Assembly (NCBI GenBank): GCA_035559315.1 | Contig: DATMBJ010000099.1 | Location: forward strand, 60-64,059 | Direction: 5' to 3' | From: Actinomycetota bacterium | GTDB taxonomy: Bacteria > Actinomycetota > UBA4738 > HRBIN12 | DNA length: 64,000 bases | In this document: positions 35,908-44,672 of the stretch, in pieces | Layout: each line of letters begins with the position of its first letter | Position numbering within the stretch: the stretch's first letter is position 1 | Program-made: the position numbers and the translations under genes | The notes under the pieces: generated by a model | What the model saw: the letters and a program-made list of their open reading frames with translations, nothing else | What the model was told of the DNA's origin: nothing | Database searches by the model: none

Positions 35908-37032
35908 GTGGACGCGGTGTCCGCGGTCCCGAACCTGGGAAACTCCTGGCCCGTGAGAATCATCCGCCCCGGCGACGTGGGGGCCGACGTCCGGGACCTC
36001 CAGCGCCGGCTCCAGGCGCTGGGGTTCCGGGTCGAGCCCGACGAGCTCCAGGGCCGCTTCGGCCCCTCGACCGAGGCCGCCGTCCGGGCCTTCCAGGGCC
36101 AGCGGCGGCTCCCGGTGGACGGGCTCGTGGGCCCGGATACCTGGACCGCGCTGGTGGAGGCCGGCTACGCGCTCGGGGACCGGGTCCTCTACCTCCGGGC
36201 CCGACCGTTCCGGGGGGACGACGTCCGCGAGCTCCAGCGGCTCCTGAACGCGCTCGGGTTCGACGCCGGGCGGGAGGACGGGATCTTCGGCCCCGCGACC
36301 GACCGCGCGGTCCGGGAGTTCCAGCGGAACGTGGGCGAGCTCCCCGACGGCATCGTCGGCCCCGAGACCCTGGCCGCGCTCCAGCGCCTCCGCCCCCAGG
36401 TGAACGGGCCCAGCCGGGCCGTGGTGCGGGAGGAGGAGGAGGTCCGCACGATGGTCGCCCAGCTCCGGGGGACCCGCATCGCCATCGATCCGGGGCACGG
36501 GCCGTCCGACCCCGGCTACCGGGGACCCTCGGGGGCCGTCGAGGCCGACGTCACCCTCGCCCTGGCGCGGGAGGTGGCCCGCGAGCTCGCCCGCCGCGGC
36601 GCCCGTCCCGCGCTCCTCCGGGACGGCCGGGCCGATCCCGCCCCCAGCGAGCGGGCGGAGGCGGCCAACGGCCTGGGGGCCGCGGTCTGCGTCTCGATCC
36701 ACGCCGGCGGGGACGGGGGGCCCGGCGCCCGCTGCTCCTACTTCGGCAGCGACACCACCCACTCGCCGGCCGGCCGTCGGCTGGCCGAGGCGATCCACCG
36801 GGAGCTCACCGGGCGCCTCGGGCTGGTGGACCGCGGCACGGCCCCGCTCGCCGTGGCCGTGCTCCGCGAGACCCGGATGCCCGCGGTCCAGGTCGAGCCG
36901 GGCTGCATCACGCACCCCGAGGACGAGCGCCGCCTCCTCGACGTCTCCTTCCGCCGGGAGCTCGCCCGGGCCATCGCCGATGGCCTGGAGCGCTTCCTGG
37001 CGCCGGCGGGCTCGCCGGCCGCGGCCCGCTGA
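35908..37032 (+). CDS. N-acetylmuramoyl-L-alanine amidase with two peptidoglycan-binding domains (CwlM-like)
   Basis: Two PG_binding_1-type repeats (GPSTEAAVRAFQ, GPATDRAVREFQ) precede an amidase_3 core IAIDPGHG...VSIHAGG...AVQVEPGCITHPED. The gene sits after trxA, as cwlM does in mycobacteria. Confidence 0.85.
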   Translation: MDAVSAVPNLGNSWPVRIIRPGDVGADVRDLQRRLQALGFRVEPDELQGRFGPSTEAAVRAFQGQRRLPVDGLVGPDTWTALVEAGYALGDRVLYLRARPFRGDDVRELQRLLNALGFDAGREDGIFGPATDRAVREFQRNVGELPDGIVGPETLAALQRLRPQVNGPSRAVVREEEEVRTMVAQLRGTRIAIDPGHGPSDPGYRGPSGAVEADVTLALAREVARELARRGARPALLRDGRADPAPSERAEAANGLGAAVCVSIHAGGDGGPGARCSYFGSDTTHSPAGRRLAEAIHRELTGRLGLVDRGTAPLAVAVLRETRMPAVQVEPGCITHPEDERRLLDVSFRRELARAIADGLERFLAPAGSPAAAR

Positions 37033-37041
37033 GGCCGGCGT

Positions 37042-37614
37042 TCAGGGCGCCGGCACGGAGGCCATCGCCCGCGCCTCCGTCGCGAGGGGCGCCCGCCGCT
37101 CGTGGACGTCGAGGCGGAGGAGGGGGTAGCGGTGGTGGTCGCGGACCACGACGAACCCGTTGGCCGCGAGGAACGGTAGGGGGAGCACCCAGCTCCCGTC
37201 CCAGGCCCGGTCGCCGATGGCCTCGACGGCCCGGTACCCGCGCTCGACGGCGTCCCTCGCCACCTCGCGGATCAGCTCGCTCCCCAGCCCCTCCCCCCGC
37301 CGGCCCTCGACCACGTAGCAGTACGAGAGGTACACGGCGTCGGGCGAGGTGTCCCGGGCCGCGGCGAACTCGCGCAGCCTGGGGAAGAGGGTCGCCGGCG
37401 CGTACTCCGCGAACGCGACGCCGGCGCCCTCGGCCACCGCCAGCTTGCCGCACCGACCCCACTCGAGCAGGGTGGAGGAGAACCACTCCTCCTTGTGGAA
37501 CGGGGCGTCGGAGGGGTCCACCTCCTCCGTGAGCTCCCAGTAGACCGAGGCCAGGCACGGTTTGGGCAGGAGCGGGAAGCTCTCCAGGTCCACGTCGACG
37601 ATGCGCACGCGCAT
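37042..37614 (-). CDS. GNAT-family N-acetyltransferase (putative)
   Basis: YCYVVEGRRGEGLGSELIREVARDAVERGYRAVEA resembles the acetyl-CoA binding motif A. The assignment is moderate. Confidence 0.65.
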   Translation of the reverse strand: MRVRIVDVDLESFPLLPKPCLASVYWELTEEVDPSDAPFHKEEWFSSTLLEWGRCGKLAVAEGAGVAFAEYAPATLFPRLREFAAARDTSPDAVYLSYCYVVEGRRGEGLGSELIREVARDAVERGYRAVEAIGDRAWDGSWVLPLPFLAANGFVVVRDHHRYPLLRLDVHERRAPLATEARAMASVPAP

Positions 37615-37774
37615 CGCCCTTCAGCGTCGGCGCCGGGCCAGCCAGAGCAGCGCCACGCCCAGCACCGCGCCGAGCAGGAGCGCGCTGGTCGCCCGCACGA
37701 ACTCGGAGGAGGGACGGCGTTCCGTGCTTCAAGCGTAGGCTAGGGCGGCACGGTCGAACAAGGGGGCAGCCGAG

Positions 37775-38731
37775 ATGCGGTTCTGCCTGATGATCGAGGG
37801 GCAGGAGGGCATCACCTGGGAGCAGTGGGGCCGCCTGGCCGAGGTCTGCGAACGGAGCGGGCTGGAAGGGCTGTTCACCTCCGACCACTACCTGTCGGTG
37901 GTCGGCGCCGCCGGCCGCGGCTCGTTCGACGCCTGGACCGTGCTCGCGGGCCTCGCGGCCCGGACGGCACGGCTGCGCCTCGGGACCCTGGTCTCGCCGG
38001 TGACGTTCCGCCACCCCACGGTCCTGGCGAAGGTGGCGACGACCGTCGACCACATCTCCGGCGGCCGCGCGGAGGTCGGCCTCGGGGCCGGCTGGTGGGC
38101 CGAGGAGCACCGGACCCACGGCTTCCCCTTCCCGCGGGACACGGACCGGATGGCGATGCTCGAGGAGCAGGTGGAGATCGTCCACCGGCTGCTCTCCCCG
38201 GAGGAGGACGAGGTGTCGTTCGACGGCCGCTACTACCGCCTGGACCGGTGCGCGTTCGCCCACCGGCCGCTCCAGCGGCCCCACCCGCCGATCATCGTGG
38301 GCGGGAAGGGCGGCCCGCGGATGGCCCGGCTCGTGGCTCGGTGGGCCGATGAGTTCAACACCGTCGGGGGGACGCCCGCGGAGGTGCGCGAGCGCTTCGG
38401 GCGGGTCCGGGACGCCGTCGAGGCCGCCGGCCGGGACCAGGCGAGCCTGACGACGTCGCTGATGACCTGGTGCTACGTGGGCGCCGACGAGCGCGAGCTC
38501 GAGGCGCGCCTCCGCGCCGCCCACGCCCTCGACCCCTCGGCGGGGACCTTCGACGACTGGCTCGACGACGTCTCCCGGGACTGCATCGTGGGCACCCCCG
38601 AGCGCGCCGCCGAGCGGCTCGCCGAGTACGCCGAGGCCGGCGTCCAGCGGGTGTTCCTCAACCACGAGCTCTTCGACGACCTGGCCATGGTGGAGCTGCT
38701 GGCCGCCGAGGTCGTCCCGCGCGTGCCGTAG
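37775..38731 (+). CDS. LLM-class (luciferase-like) F420-dependent oxidoreductase
   Basis: LFTSDHY...LGTLVSPVTFRHPTVLAKVATTVDHISGGRAEVGLGAGWW is typical of the LLM family. Confidence 0.85.
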   Translation: MRFCLMIEGQEGITWEQWGRLAEVCERSGLEGLFTSDHYLSVVGAAGRGSFDAWTVLAGLAARTARLRLGTLVSPVTFRHPTVLAKVATTVDHISGGRAEVGLGAGWWAEEHRTHGFPFPRDTDRMAMLEEQVEIVHRLLSPEEDEVSFDGRYYRLDRCAFAHRPLQRPHPPIIVGGKGGPRMARLVARWADEFNTVGGTPAEVRERFGRVRDAVEAAGRDQASLTTSLMTWCYVGADERELEARLRAAHALDPSAGTFDDWLDDVSRDCIVGTPERAAERLAEYAEAGVQRVFLNHELFDDLAMVELLAAEVVPRVP

Positions 38732-38805
38732 GCGGGCCCGCCCCCGCGTCGCTCCTCCGCCGGGGGTGCGCGGGCTGCGCCGGCCGCGGGGGAGACCCTG
38801 ATACG

Positions 38806-40071
38806 ATGCGGCGCCACATGGCCGAGCTCCACGTCGACCCCCACGCCGCGCTGTACGCACGCCGCGCCCAGGGCCTGCAGGCCTCCGAGATCCGGGCGCT
38901 GTTCGCCGTGGCCGCCCGGGCGGACGTCATCTCGCTCGCCGGCGGCTTGCCCTTCGTCCAGGCCCTCCCCGAGGAGGACGTCCTCTCGGTGGTCCGGAGC
39001 GTCCTCGAGGGTCGTACGGGGACGGCGCTCCAGTACGGCGGCGGCCCCGGACACCCCGCGCTGCGTCGGCGCCTGGCGGAGCTCATGGCCGCCGAGGGCG
39101 TGGAGGCCGACCCCGAGGCCATCGTCGTGACCAACGGGGCCCAGCAGGCGCTCGACCTCATCGGGAAGGTCCTGATCGACCCCGGCGACGAGATCGTCGT
39201 GGAGGCGCCCGCCTACGTGGGGGCGCTCTCGGCCTTCGCCGCGTACGAGCCGCGCTTCCTCACGGTCCCCTTGGACGAGGACGGGATGGTGGTGGACGCG
39301 CTCCGGGACCTCCTCGTGGCGGGCGCCAGGCCCAAGTTCGTCTACACCGTCCCCGACTTCCACAACCCGGCCGGGGTCACGATGTCCCTCGACCGTCGTC
39401 GGGCGCTCGTCGCGCTGTGCCGGGAGGCGGGGATCCCGATCGTGGAGGACGACCCCTACGCGATGCTCCGGTTCGAGGGCTCCGCCCTCCCCCGCCTCCG
39501 CGCCCTGGACCCGGAGGGCGTGATCTACCTCGGGACGCTCTCGAAGATCTTCTCCCCCGGGGTGCGGATCGGTTGGGCCCTCGCGCCGGCCGGCCTCCTG
39601 CAGCGGCTCGTCCTCGCCAAGGAGGCCGCCGACCTCTGTTCCAGCAGCTTCATGCAGCTCGTCGCGGAGGGCTGGCTGGCGGACGGTCGGTGGCGCGCGC
39701 ACCTGGCCTCCCTGGTCGCGATCTACCGGGGTCGACGCGACGCGATGCTCGGGGCCCTCGACGCCCACCTCGGTGGGCTCGCGACCTGGACCCGGCCGGC
39801 CGGCGGCTTCTACGTGTGGGTGACGGTCCCGGGGCACCTCGATACCTCCGCCCTCCTGGCCGCGGCGGTCGACCGGCGGGTCGCGTACGTCCCCGGCACG
39901 GCGTTCTATCCCGACGGCCGGGGCCGGGACCGCATGCGCCTGTCGTTCTGCTACCCGCCCGAGGAGCGGATCCGGGAGGGCGTCCGGCGCCTCGGCGAAC
40001 TCCTCGCGGACGAGGAGGCCCTCTACCGCTCGATGTCGGGACGACCGGTCGAACCCCCGACGAACCCCTGA
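38806..40071 (+). CDS. PLP-dependent aminotransferase (class I/II, aminoadipate/aromatic type)
   Basis: ISLAGGLP, VTNGAQQALD, YTVPDFHNPAG, LGTLSKIFSPGVRIGW (the PLP lysine) and RLSF are present. The ATG at 38806 lies within a longer ORF. Confidence 0.85.
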   Translation: MRRHMAELHVDPHAALYARRAQGLQASEIRALFAVAARADVISLAGGLPFVQALPEEDVLSVVRSVLEGRTGTALQYGGGPGHPALRRRLAELMAAEGVEADPEAIVVTNGAQQALDLIGKVLIDPGDEIVVEAPAYVGALSAFAAYEPRFLTVPLDEDGMVVDALRDLLVAGARPKFVYTVPDFHNPAGVTMSLDRRRALVALCREAGIPIVEDDPYAMLRFEGSALPRLRALDPEGVIYLGTLSKIFSPGVRIGWALAPAGLLQRLVLAKEAADLCSSSFMQLVAEGWLADGRWRAHLASLVAIYRGRRDAMLGALDAHLGGLATWTRPAGGFYVWVTVPGHLDTSALLAAAVDRRVAYVPGTAFYPDGRGRDRMRLSFCYPPEERIREGVRRLGELLADEEALYRSMSGRPVEPPTNP

Positions 40072-41018
40072 TGCCCCGGGTCGCGGTCCTGGCCGGGGGC
40101 CGCTCCCCCGAGCGAGAGATCTCGCTCCGCTCGGGGCGGCGGGTGGTGGCCGCCCTCGCCGACCGGGGGCACGAGGTCCGGCCCCTGGACCCGACCGAGG
40201 AGCCCCTCGTCGGATCCCTCGCCGCGGTCGACGCCTGCTACGTCGCGCTCCACGGACGCGAGGGGGAGGACGGGACGGTCCAGCGCCTCCTCGAGCTCCT
40301 CGGGGTCCCCTACACGGGGTCCGCGCCGCTCGCCTGCGCCCTGGCGTTCGACAAGCTCCTGGCCAAGGAGGCCCTCCGCGGGGCCGGGATCCCCACGCCC
40401 CCGTGGGCGGCGGTGGAGGCCTCGGCGCTGCGGGACCTCGGCGCGGGCGACGCCCTCGCCCGCATCCTCGAGCGGGTAGGGCTCCCCGCGGTCGTCAAGC
40501 CGGCGCGGGGCGGCTCGGCCCTGGGGGTCCGCGTGGTCGAGCGGCGGGCCGACCTGCCCGAAGCCGTGATGGGCGCCCTGGCCTACGCCGACGCCGCCCT
40601 CGTGGAGGCCAGGGTGCGCGGCGTGGAGGTCGCGGTGGGCATGGTGGGGACGCCCCCCGAGGTCCTCCCGCCGGTCGAGATCCGCCCGAAGAGCGGCCAG
40701 TTCGACTACGCCGCTCGCTACACGTTCGGCGCCACGGAGTACTTCGTCCCCGCCCGCCTCGATCCCGCCGCCGCGGCGGCCTGCGAGCGCGCGTCCCGGG
40801 CGGCCTTCGAGGTCCTCGGCCTCCGCGACATCGGCCGGGCGGACCTCATCGTCGACGACGAGGGGACCCCCTGGCTGCTCGAGGTCAACGTCTCCCCCGG
40901 CATGACCGAGACCAGCCTGGTCCCGATGGCGGCCGAGGCCGCCGGCCTCGCCCTCCCAGACCTCTGCGACCGCGTCCTCTCGGCCGCCCTGGCCCGAAAC
41001 TCGTCCACGATAGACTAG
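40071..41018 (+). CDS. ddl: D-alanine--D-alanine ligase
   Basis: VAVLAGGRSPEREISLRSG, HGREGEDGTVQ, VVKPARGGSALGV, DYAARY and LEVNVSPGMT are present. The start overlaps the aminotransferase stop by 1 nt (TGATG). Confidence 0.9.
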   Translation: MPRVAVLAGGRSPEREISLRSGRRVVAALADRGHEVRPLDPTEEPLVGSLAAVDACYVALHGREGEDGTVQRLLELLGVPYTGSAPLACALAFDKLLAKEALRGAGIPTPPWAAVEASALRDLGAGDALARILERVGLPAVVKPARGGSALGVRVVERRADLPEAVMGALAYADAALVEARVRGVEVAVGMVGTPPEVLPPVEIRPKSGQFDYAARYTFGATEYFVPARLDPAAAAACERASRAAFEVLGLRDIGRADLIVDDEGTPWLLEVNVSPGMTETSLVPMAAEAAGLALPDLCDRVLSAALARNSSTID

Positions 41019-41108
41019 ATCCGCTGGGCCTGCAGGGTATCGCGGGGGCGCCATCGCCAGCGGGGTCGCTTCCCGATCGGAGACCGTGTCGGCGAGGGAT
41101 AACTCGTT

Positions 41109-41153
41109 TAGACCAGACTAGTTGCCTCCCTGACTAGTCTAGACCAGGCTAGT
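41109..41153. repeat. CTAG-rich direct/inverted repeat set (TAGACCAGACTAGT ... GACTAGTC ... TAGACCAGGCTAGT)
   Basis: A 14-nt direct repeat occurs at 41109 and 41140, a 31-nt spacing. An 8-bp inverted repeat AGACTAGT/ACTAGTCT and the palindrome GACTAGTC lie between them. The patch is locally low in GC and sits in the convergent ddl/parB spacer. Confidence 0.6.
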
Positions 41154-41258
41154 TCGGGCGCGGAAGCCGGGCATGGCGGGTGGGAGACCAGGGCCCGGCG
41201 TTGGCACCGCCGCCCCCGAACCCGCGGCGCCCTCCGAGGGAGCCCCGGGTCGTCGGCG

Positions 41259-42131
41259 TCAGTCGGGCGCGAGGCCGGGGCCCGAGCCCACGATCTCGCT
41301 GACGATGCGCTCCAGGTCGTCGGGGGAGCCGAACTCGATGACGATCCTCCCCCGCCTCCGGCCCATCTGGATGGAGACCCTCGTCGCGAGCTGCTCCGAC
41401 AGGATCTCCTCGACCTCGGCGAGGGCCGGGATCGGTTCCGCCGCGGGGCGCGGGGGCTGCTTCCGTTCCGCCGGGGCTTCGAGGTAGGCCCGCACCAGCT
41501 CCTCGACCTCCCGCACCGAGAGCTGCTCGGCCGCGGCACGCAGCGCGAGCGACACCTGGGCTTCACGGTCGGCCAGCGCCAGGAGCGCCCGGCCGTGCCC
41601 GGCCTGGATCTTCCCCTCGGCCAGGAGCTGCTGCACCTCCGCCGGGAGCGCGAGCAGCCGGATGGTGTTCGCCACGTGGGAGCGCGAGACCCCGAGCCGC
41701 TCCGCCAGGCTCTCCTGCGTGAGCCCCAGCTCCTCGAGCAGCTCCCGGAAGGCCTCGGCCAGCTCGATGGGCCCGAGGTCCTCCCGGTGGATGTTCTCGA
41801 TCAGGGCCTCCCGGAGCGACTCGGCGTCGTCGCTGTCTCGCACCACGGCCGGGATCGTGGCGAGACCCGCCCGCTTCGCCGCTCGGAGCCTGCGCTCGCC
41901 GGCGATCAGCTCGTACCCCTCGCCCGAGCGGCGCACGACGATCGGTTGGAGGACCCCCACCTCCCGGATCGAGAGCGCCAGCGATTCGAGCGACTCGTCG
42001 TCGAAGTTCGTCCGCGGCTGCTTGGGGCCCGGGGCGATGGCCCCGACCGGGACCTCGAGGAGACCGCTCCCCTCCTCGACGGCCCCAGGGATAAGGGCGG
42101 ACAGCCCCCTGCCGAGTCCCCCACGCTTCAT
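41259..42131 (-). CDS. parB: chromosome partitioning protein ParB
   Basis: GLGRGLSALI, the box LQPIVVR...YELIAGERRLRAA, and the HTH LTQESLAERLGVSRSHVANTIRLL are present. Confidence 0.93.
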   Translation of the reverse strand: MKRGGLGRGLSALIPGAVEEGSGLLEVPVGAIAPGPKQPRTNFDDESLESLALSIREVGVLQPIVVRRSGEGYELIAGERRLRAAKRAGLATIPAVVRDSDDAESLREALIENIHREDLGPIELAEAFRELLEELGLTQESLAERLGVSRSHVANTIRLLALPAEVQQLLAEGKIQAGHGRALLALADREAQVSLALRAAAEQLSVREVEELVRAYLEAPAERKQPPRPAAEPIPALAEVEEILSEQLATRVSIQMGRRRGRIVIEFGSPDDLERIVSEIVGSGPGLAPD

Positions 42132-43936
42132 CCGTCCCTCCCTCTACGGAACAGCCTCCACCTCCGCTTCCTCGGTTCCTCGCTGGGCAGCGTGTCACCA
42201 ACCTCTGCCAGCGAACCCGGCTCGACCCGGCCGGGGGGCTCCGTCCCCGGGCGCACCGGCGTCCCGGGGCCCTCCTCGCCGGGAAGCACCGCATCCTCGT
42301 CGATCACCACCACCGTCGGCGCGGGGCGGCGGGGGACGGCCCGGGCTGACGGGGGGACCGGCCGGGGCAGCTCCTCCGCGGCCCTAGGCGGTCTCTCTTC
42401 GGCCCCCGCCACCTGCTCATCTTCGCCGCGCTCCGGGGCCGCAGGTGGCGGCGCGCCGCCCGAGGGGGCGGTTCCCTCGGACACCGCTACCCCCTCCCGT
42501 GCCGGTGGGCGTGCCGCCTCGACGTCCGCCCCCGCGCCTCCCGCCTCCTCCTCCGTGGATCCCCCCGTAGCGCTCAACCCTCGATCGCGGGTCACCCCAC
42601 CCTCCACCCGCGGTGGAGCAGAGCTCGAGGATGAGTTCGAGGGACGCGCATCGGCGCCCGGTCCCGAGCCCACCGCCTCGCGCTCGCCGCGCGTTCGGGG
42701 TTCCGACCTGGCGACGGTCGGCGCGGCCCCGCCCCCCGGTACCCCCTCGGCCTCCTCCACGCCCCCGGCGGCTGGGACCTCCTCGGGACCGTCGGGAGGG
42801 GTGAGGATCACCCTCGGGAGTTCCTCGATGACCGGGACGGGCTCCGCGGGAGGGGGCCGAGCGGCCACCTCCCTCGCCAGCGCCCGGTAGGACTCCGCCC
42901 CCTTCGATCGGGGGTCGTACACCGTGATGGGCTGGCCGAAGCCGGGTGCCTCCGAGAGGCGGACGGTTCGGGGGATCACCACGCTGTACACGCGGTCACC
43001 GAAGAACCGCTGGACCTCCTCGACGACCTGCTCGGACAGCTTGGTCCGCGGGTCGAACATGGTCATCACGATGCCGGTCAGCTTGAGCCGCGGGTTCACG
43101 TTCTGCTGCACCAGTCGCACGTTCCGCAACAACTGCCCCAGCCCCTCCAGCGCGTAGTACTCGCACTGGATGGGCACGATGAGCTCCTCCGCGGCGGCGA
43201 GCGCGTTGATCGTCAGGAGGCCCAGCGACGGTGGGCAGTCGAGGAAGATGAAGTCGTAGGCCCCGTCCTGGAGCGGCTCCAGCGCCCGCCGCAGCCGGAG
43301 CTCCCGGGAGAACTGCGAGACCAGCTCGATCTCCGCACCGGCCAGATCGATCGTCGAGGGGATGGCGTCCAGCCCGGCGACCTGGGTCGGCACGATCGCC
43401 CCCTCGATCGGCGCCTCATCGGCCAGGACCTCGTAGACGGTGACCGACCTCGCCTCGTGACGGATCCCGAGGCCGGTCGAGGCGTTGCCTTGTGGATCGA
43501 GGTCGATGACCAGCACGCGGTACCCCTGCTCGGCGAGGGCCGCCCCGAGGCTCACCGCGGTCGTGCTCTTGCCGACCCCGCCCTTCTGGTTCGCGATGGC
43601 GATGACCCGGGCGCCGCCATCCCAAGCTGAGCCGGGGGTGCCGGCACCCCCGACCTCAACCGAAGCGTGCGGTCCGTCCGCTCCGCGGTCGCTGACGGGG
43701 CGAGGGGGATCGGCGGCCTCGCGGCGCGACCGGGCACGGGTCGCCCCCCGCGGGGCGGCCGCGCGCTGCGGGGTGTCCTCGGCCGAGCCCACGGGCCCGA
43801 GCATCGCCTCCGACCCCGGCGTCATGGGCGCGAGATCCGCACCCCCGCCACCTGCGTGGACCTGTCGGGGAGGGGACGATCGCCGCGTCGATCGAGGGGT
43901 GGTCGCTGCGCGGGGAGCGGAGCGTTCCGTCGTCAC
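42128..43936 (-). CDS. parA: chromosome partitioning ATPase ParA with long N- and C-terminal extensions
   Basis: The deviant Walker A is IAIANQKGGVGKSTT, and the core spans about residues 109-360 of 602. The GTG start overlaps the rsmG stop (GTGA) and the stop overlaps the parB start (ATGA). Confidence 0.88.
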   Translation of the reverse strand: MTTERSAPRAATTPRSTRRSSPPRQVHAGGGGADLAPMTPGSEAMLGPVGSAEDTPQRAAAPRGATRARSRREAADPPRPVSDRGADGPHASVEVGGAGTPGSAWDGGARVIAIANQKGGVGKSTTAVSLGAALAEQGYRVLVIDLDPQGNASTGLGIRHEARSVTVYEVLADEAPIEGAIVPTQVAGLDAIPSTIDLAGAEIELVSQFSRELRLRRALEPLQDGAYDFIFLDCPPSLGLLTINALAAAEELIVPIQCEYYALEGLGQLLRNVRLVQQNVNPRLKLTGIVMTMFDPRTKLSEQVVEEVQRFFGDRVYSVVIPRTVRLSEAPGFGQPITVYDPRSKGAESYRALAREVAARPPPAEPVPVIEELPRVILTPPDGPEEVPAAGGVEEAEGVPGGGAAPTVARSEPRTRGEREAVGSGPGADARPSNSSSSSAPPRVEGGVTRDRGLSATGGSTEEEAGGAGADVEAARPPAREGVAVSEGTAPSGGAPPPAAPERGEDEQVAGAEERPPRAAEELPRPVPPSARAVPRRPAPTVVVIDEDAVLPGEEGPGTPVRPGTEPPGRVEPGSLAEVGDTLPSEEPRKRRWRLFRRGRDG

Positions 43937-44556
43937 TGCCGGCCCATGATAACGAGCGGACCCGCGCTTTCAAGCGCCGGCGTCTCGATCACCGCGGCCC
44001 CGGGCGGCAGCGGATGCGCCCTTCGCTTCCCGGCGAACCACACGAGCCGCCCGCCGGGCGTGAGCAGCCCCCCGGCCAGGGATAGGCACCGATCGAGCGG
44101 CCCCAGCGCCCTGGCGAAGGCGACCTCGGCGGCAGGCTCGCACCCTGCGGCCACCTGGGCCGCGAACTCCTCAGCACGTCGCGGGAGGACCCGCGCGTTC
44201 CGGATCCCCAGCCGCTCCACGGCGAGCTCAACGAAGGCTGCGCGCCGCCGCCTCGGCTCGAGCAGCGTGAACCTCACCTCGGGCCTCGCGATCGCGAGGA
44301 CGACGCCGGGCAGCCCGGCCCCCGTGCCGACGTCGATCGCCTCGCGGTCCCGCGACGAGATCGCCCTGACGGCCCGGAGCGAGTCCAGTACGTGCCGCTC
44401 GCGCAGCCTCCCGGCATCGCCCTCCGAGACGGCGCCGAGCGGCACGCCCCGGTCCAGCAGCAGGCGCTCGAACGCGATCAGCGCCTCCGCCTGGTCCGCG
44501 CCGATGTCGGCGCCGAGCTCCTCCGCCTGCCGTGCGAGGGTCCGCGCAGGGTCCAC
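43933..44556 (-). CDS. rsmG: 16S rRNA (guanine527-N7)-methyltransferase
   Basis: HVLDSL...IDVGTGAGLPGVVLAI...LLEPRRRRAAFL matches RsmG. The position is conserved between parA and jag. Confidence 0.9.
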   Translation of the reverse strand: MDPARTLARQAEELGADIGADQAEALIAFERLLLDRGVPLGAVSEGDAGRLRERHVLDSLRAVRAISSRDREAIDVGTGAGLPGVVLAIARPEVRFTLLEPRRRRAAFVELAVERLGIRNARVLPRRAEEFAAQVAAGCEPAAEVAFARALGPLDRCLSLAGGLLTPGGRLVWFAGKRRAHPLPPGAAVIETPALESAGPLVIMGRQ

Positions 44557-44620
44557 CGGGAGACGAGCTTACGGCCGGGTACCGCACGCCGCCCAGGACG
44601 GCGGAGGGAGATGAAGCTGA

Positions 44621-44636
44621 TGTTTCACGTGAAACA
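44621..44636. promoter_or_regulatory. parS centromere site (perfect TGTTTCACGTGAAACA)
   Basis: Exact 16-bp palindromic match to the canonical chromosomal parS consensus, in the rsmG-jag spacer. Confidence 0.85.
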
Positions 44637-44642
44637 GCGGGC

Positions 44643-44664
44643 GCCCCCGGAGCTCCCCGGGGGC
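44643..44664 (-). terminator. GC hairpin downstream of jag
   Basis: The 7-bp stem CCCCCGG / CCGGGGG has a 6-nt loop. The site lies 9 nt after the jag stop and directly abuts parS. Confidence 0.4.
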
Positions 44665-44672
44665 TCGCCCCT

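Noticed and set aside
40071-41018. Possibility that the aminotransferase-coupled ddl is a VanA-like D-Ala-D-Lac/Ser ligase
   Set aside because: Hand alignment to E. coli DdlB shows the Glu (PEREIS), Ser (GGSALGV) and Tyr (DYAARY, equivalent to EAKY Tyr216) triad is conserved. This points to an ordinary D-Ala-D-Ala ligase.
41108-41566. ORFs 41108..41566 (-) and 41173..41487 (+) next to or over the parB 3' end
   Set aside because: They are out of frame with or antisense to a clear parB and have low-complexity composition. They do not explain the CTAG repeat island.
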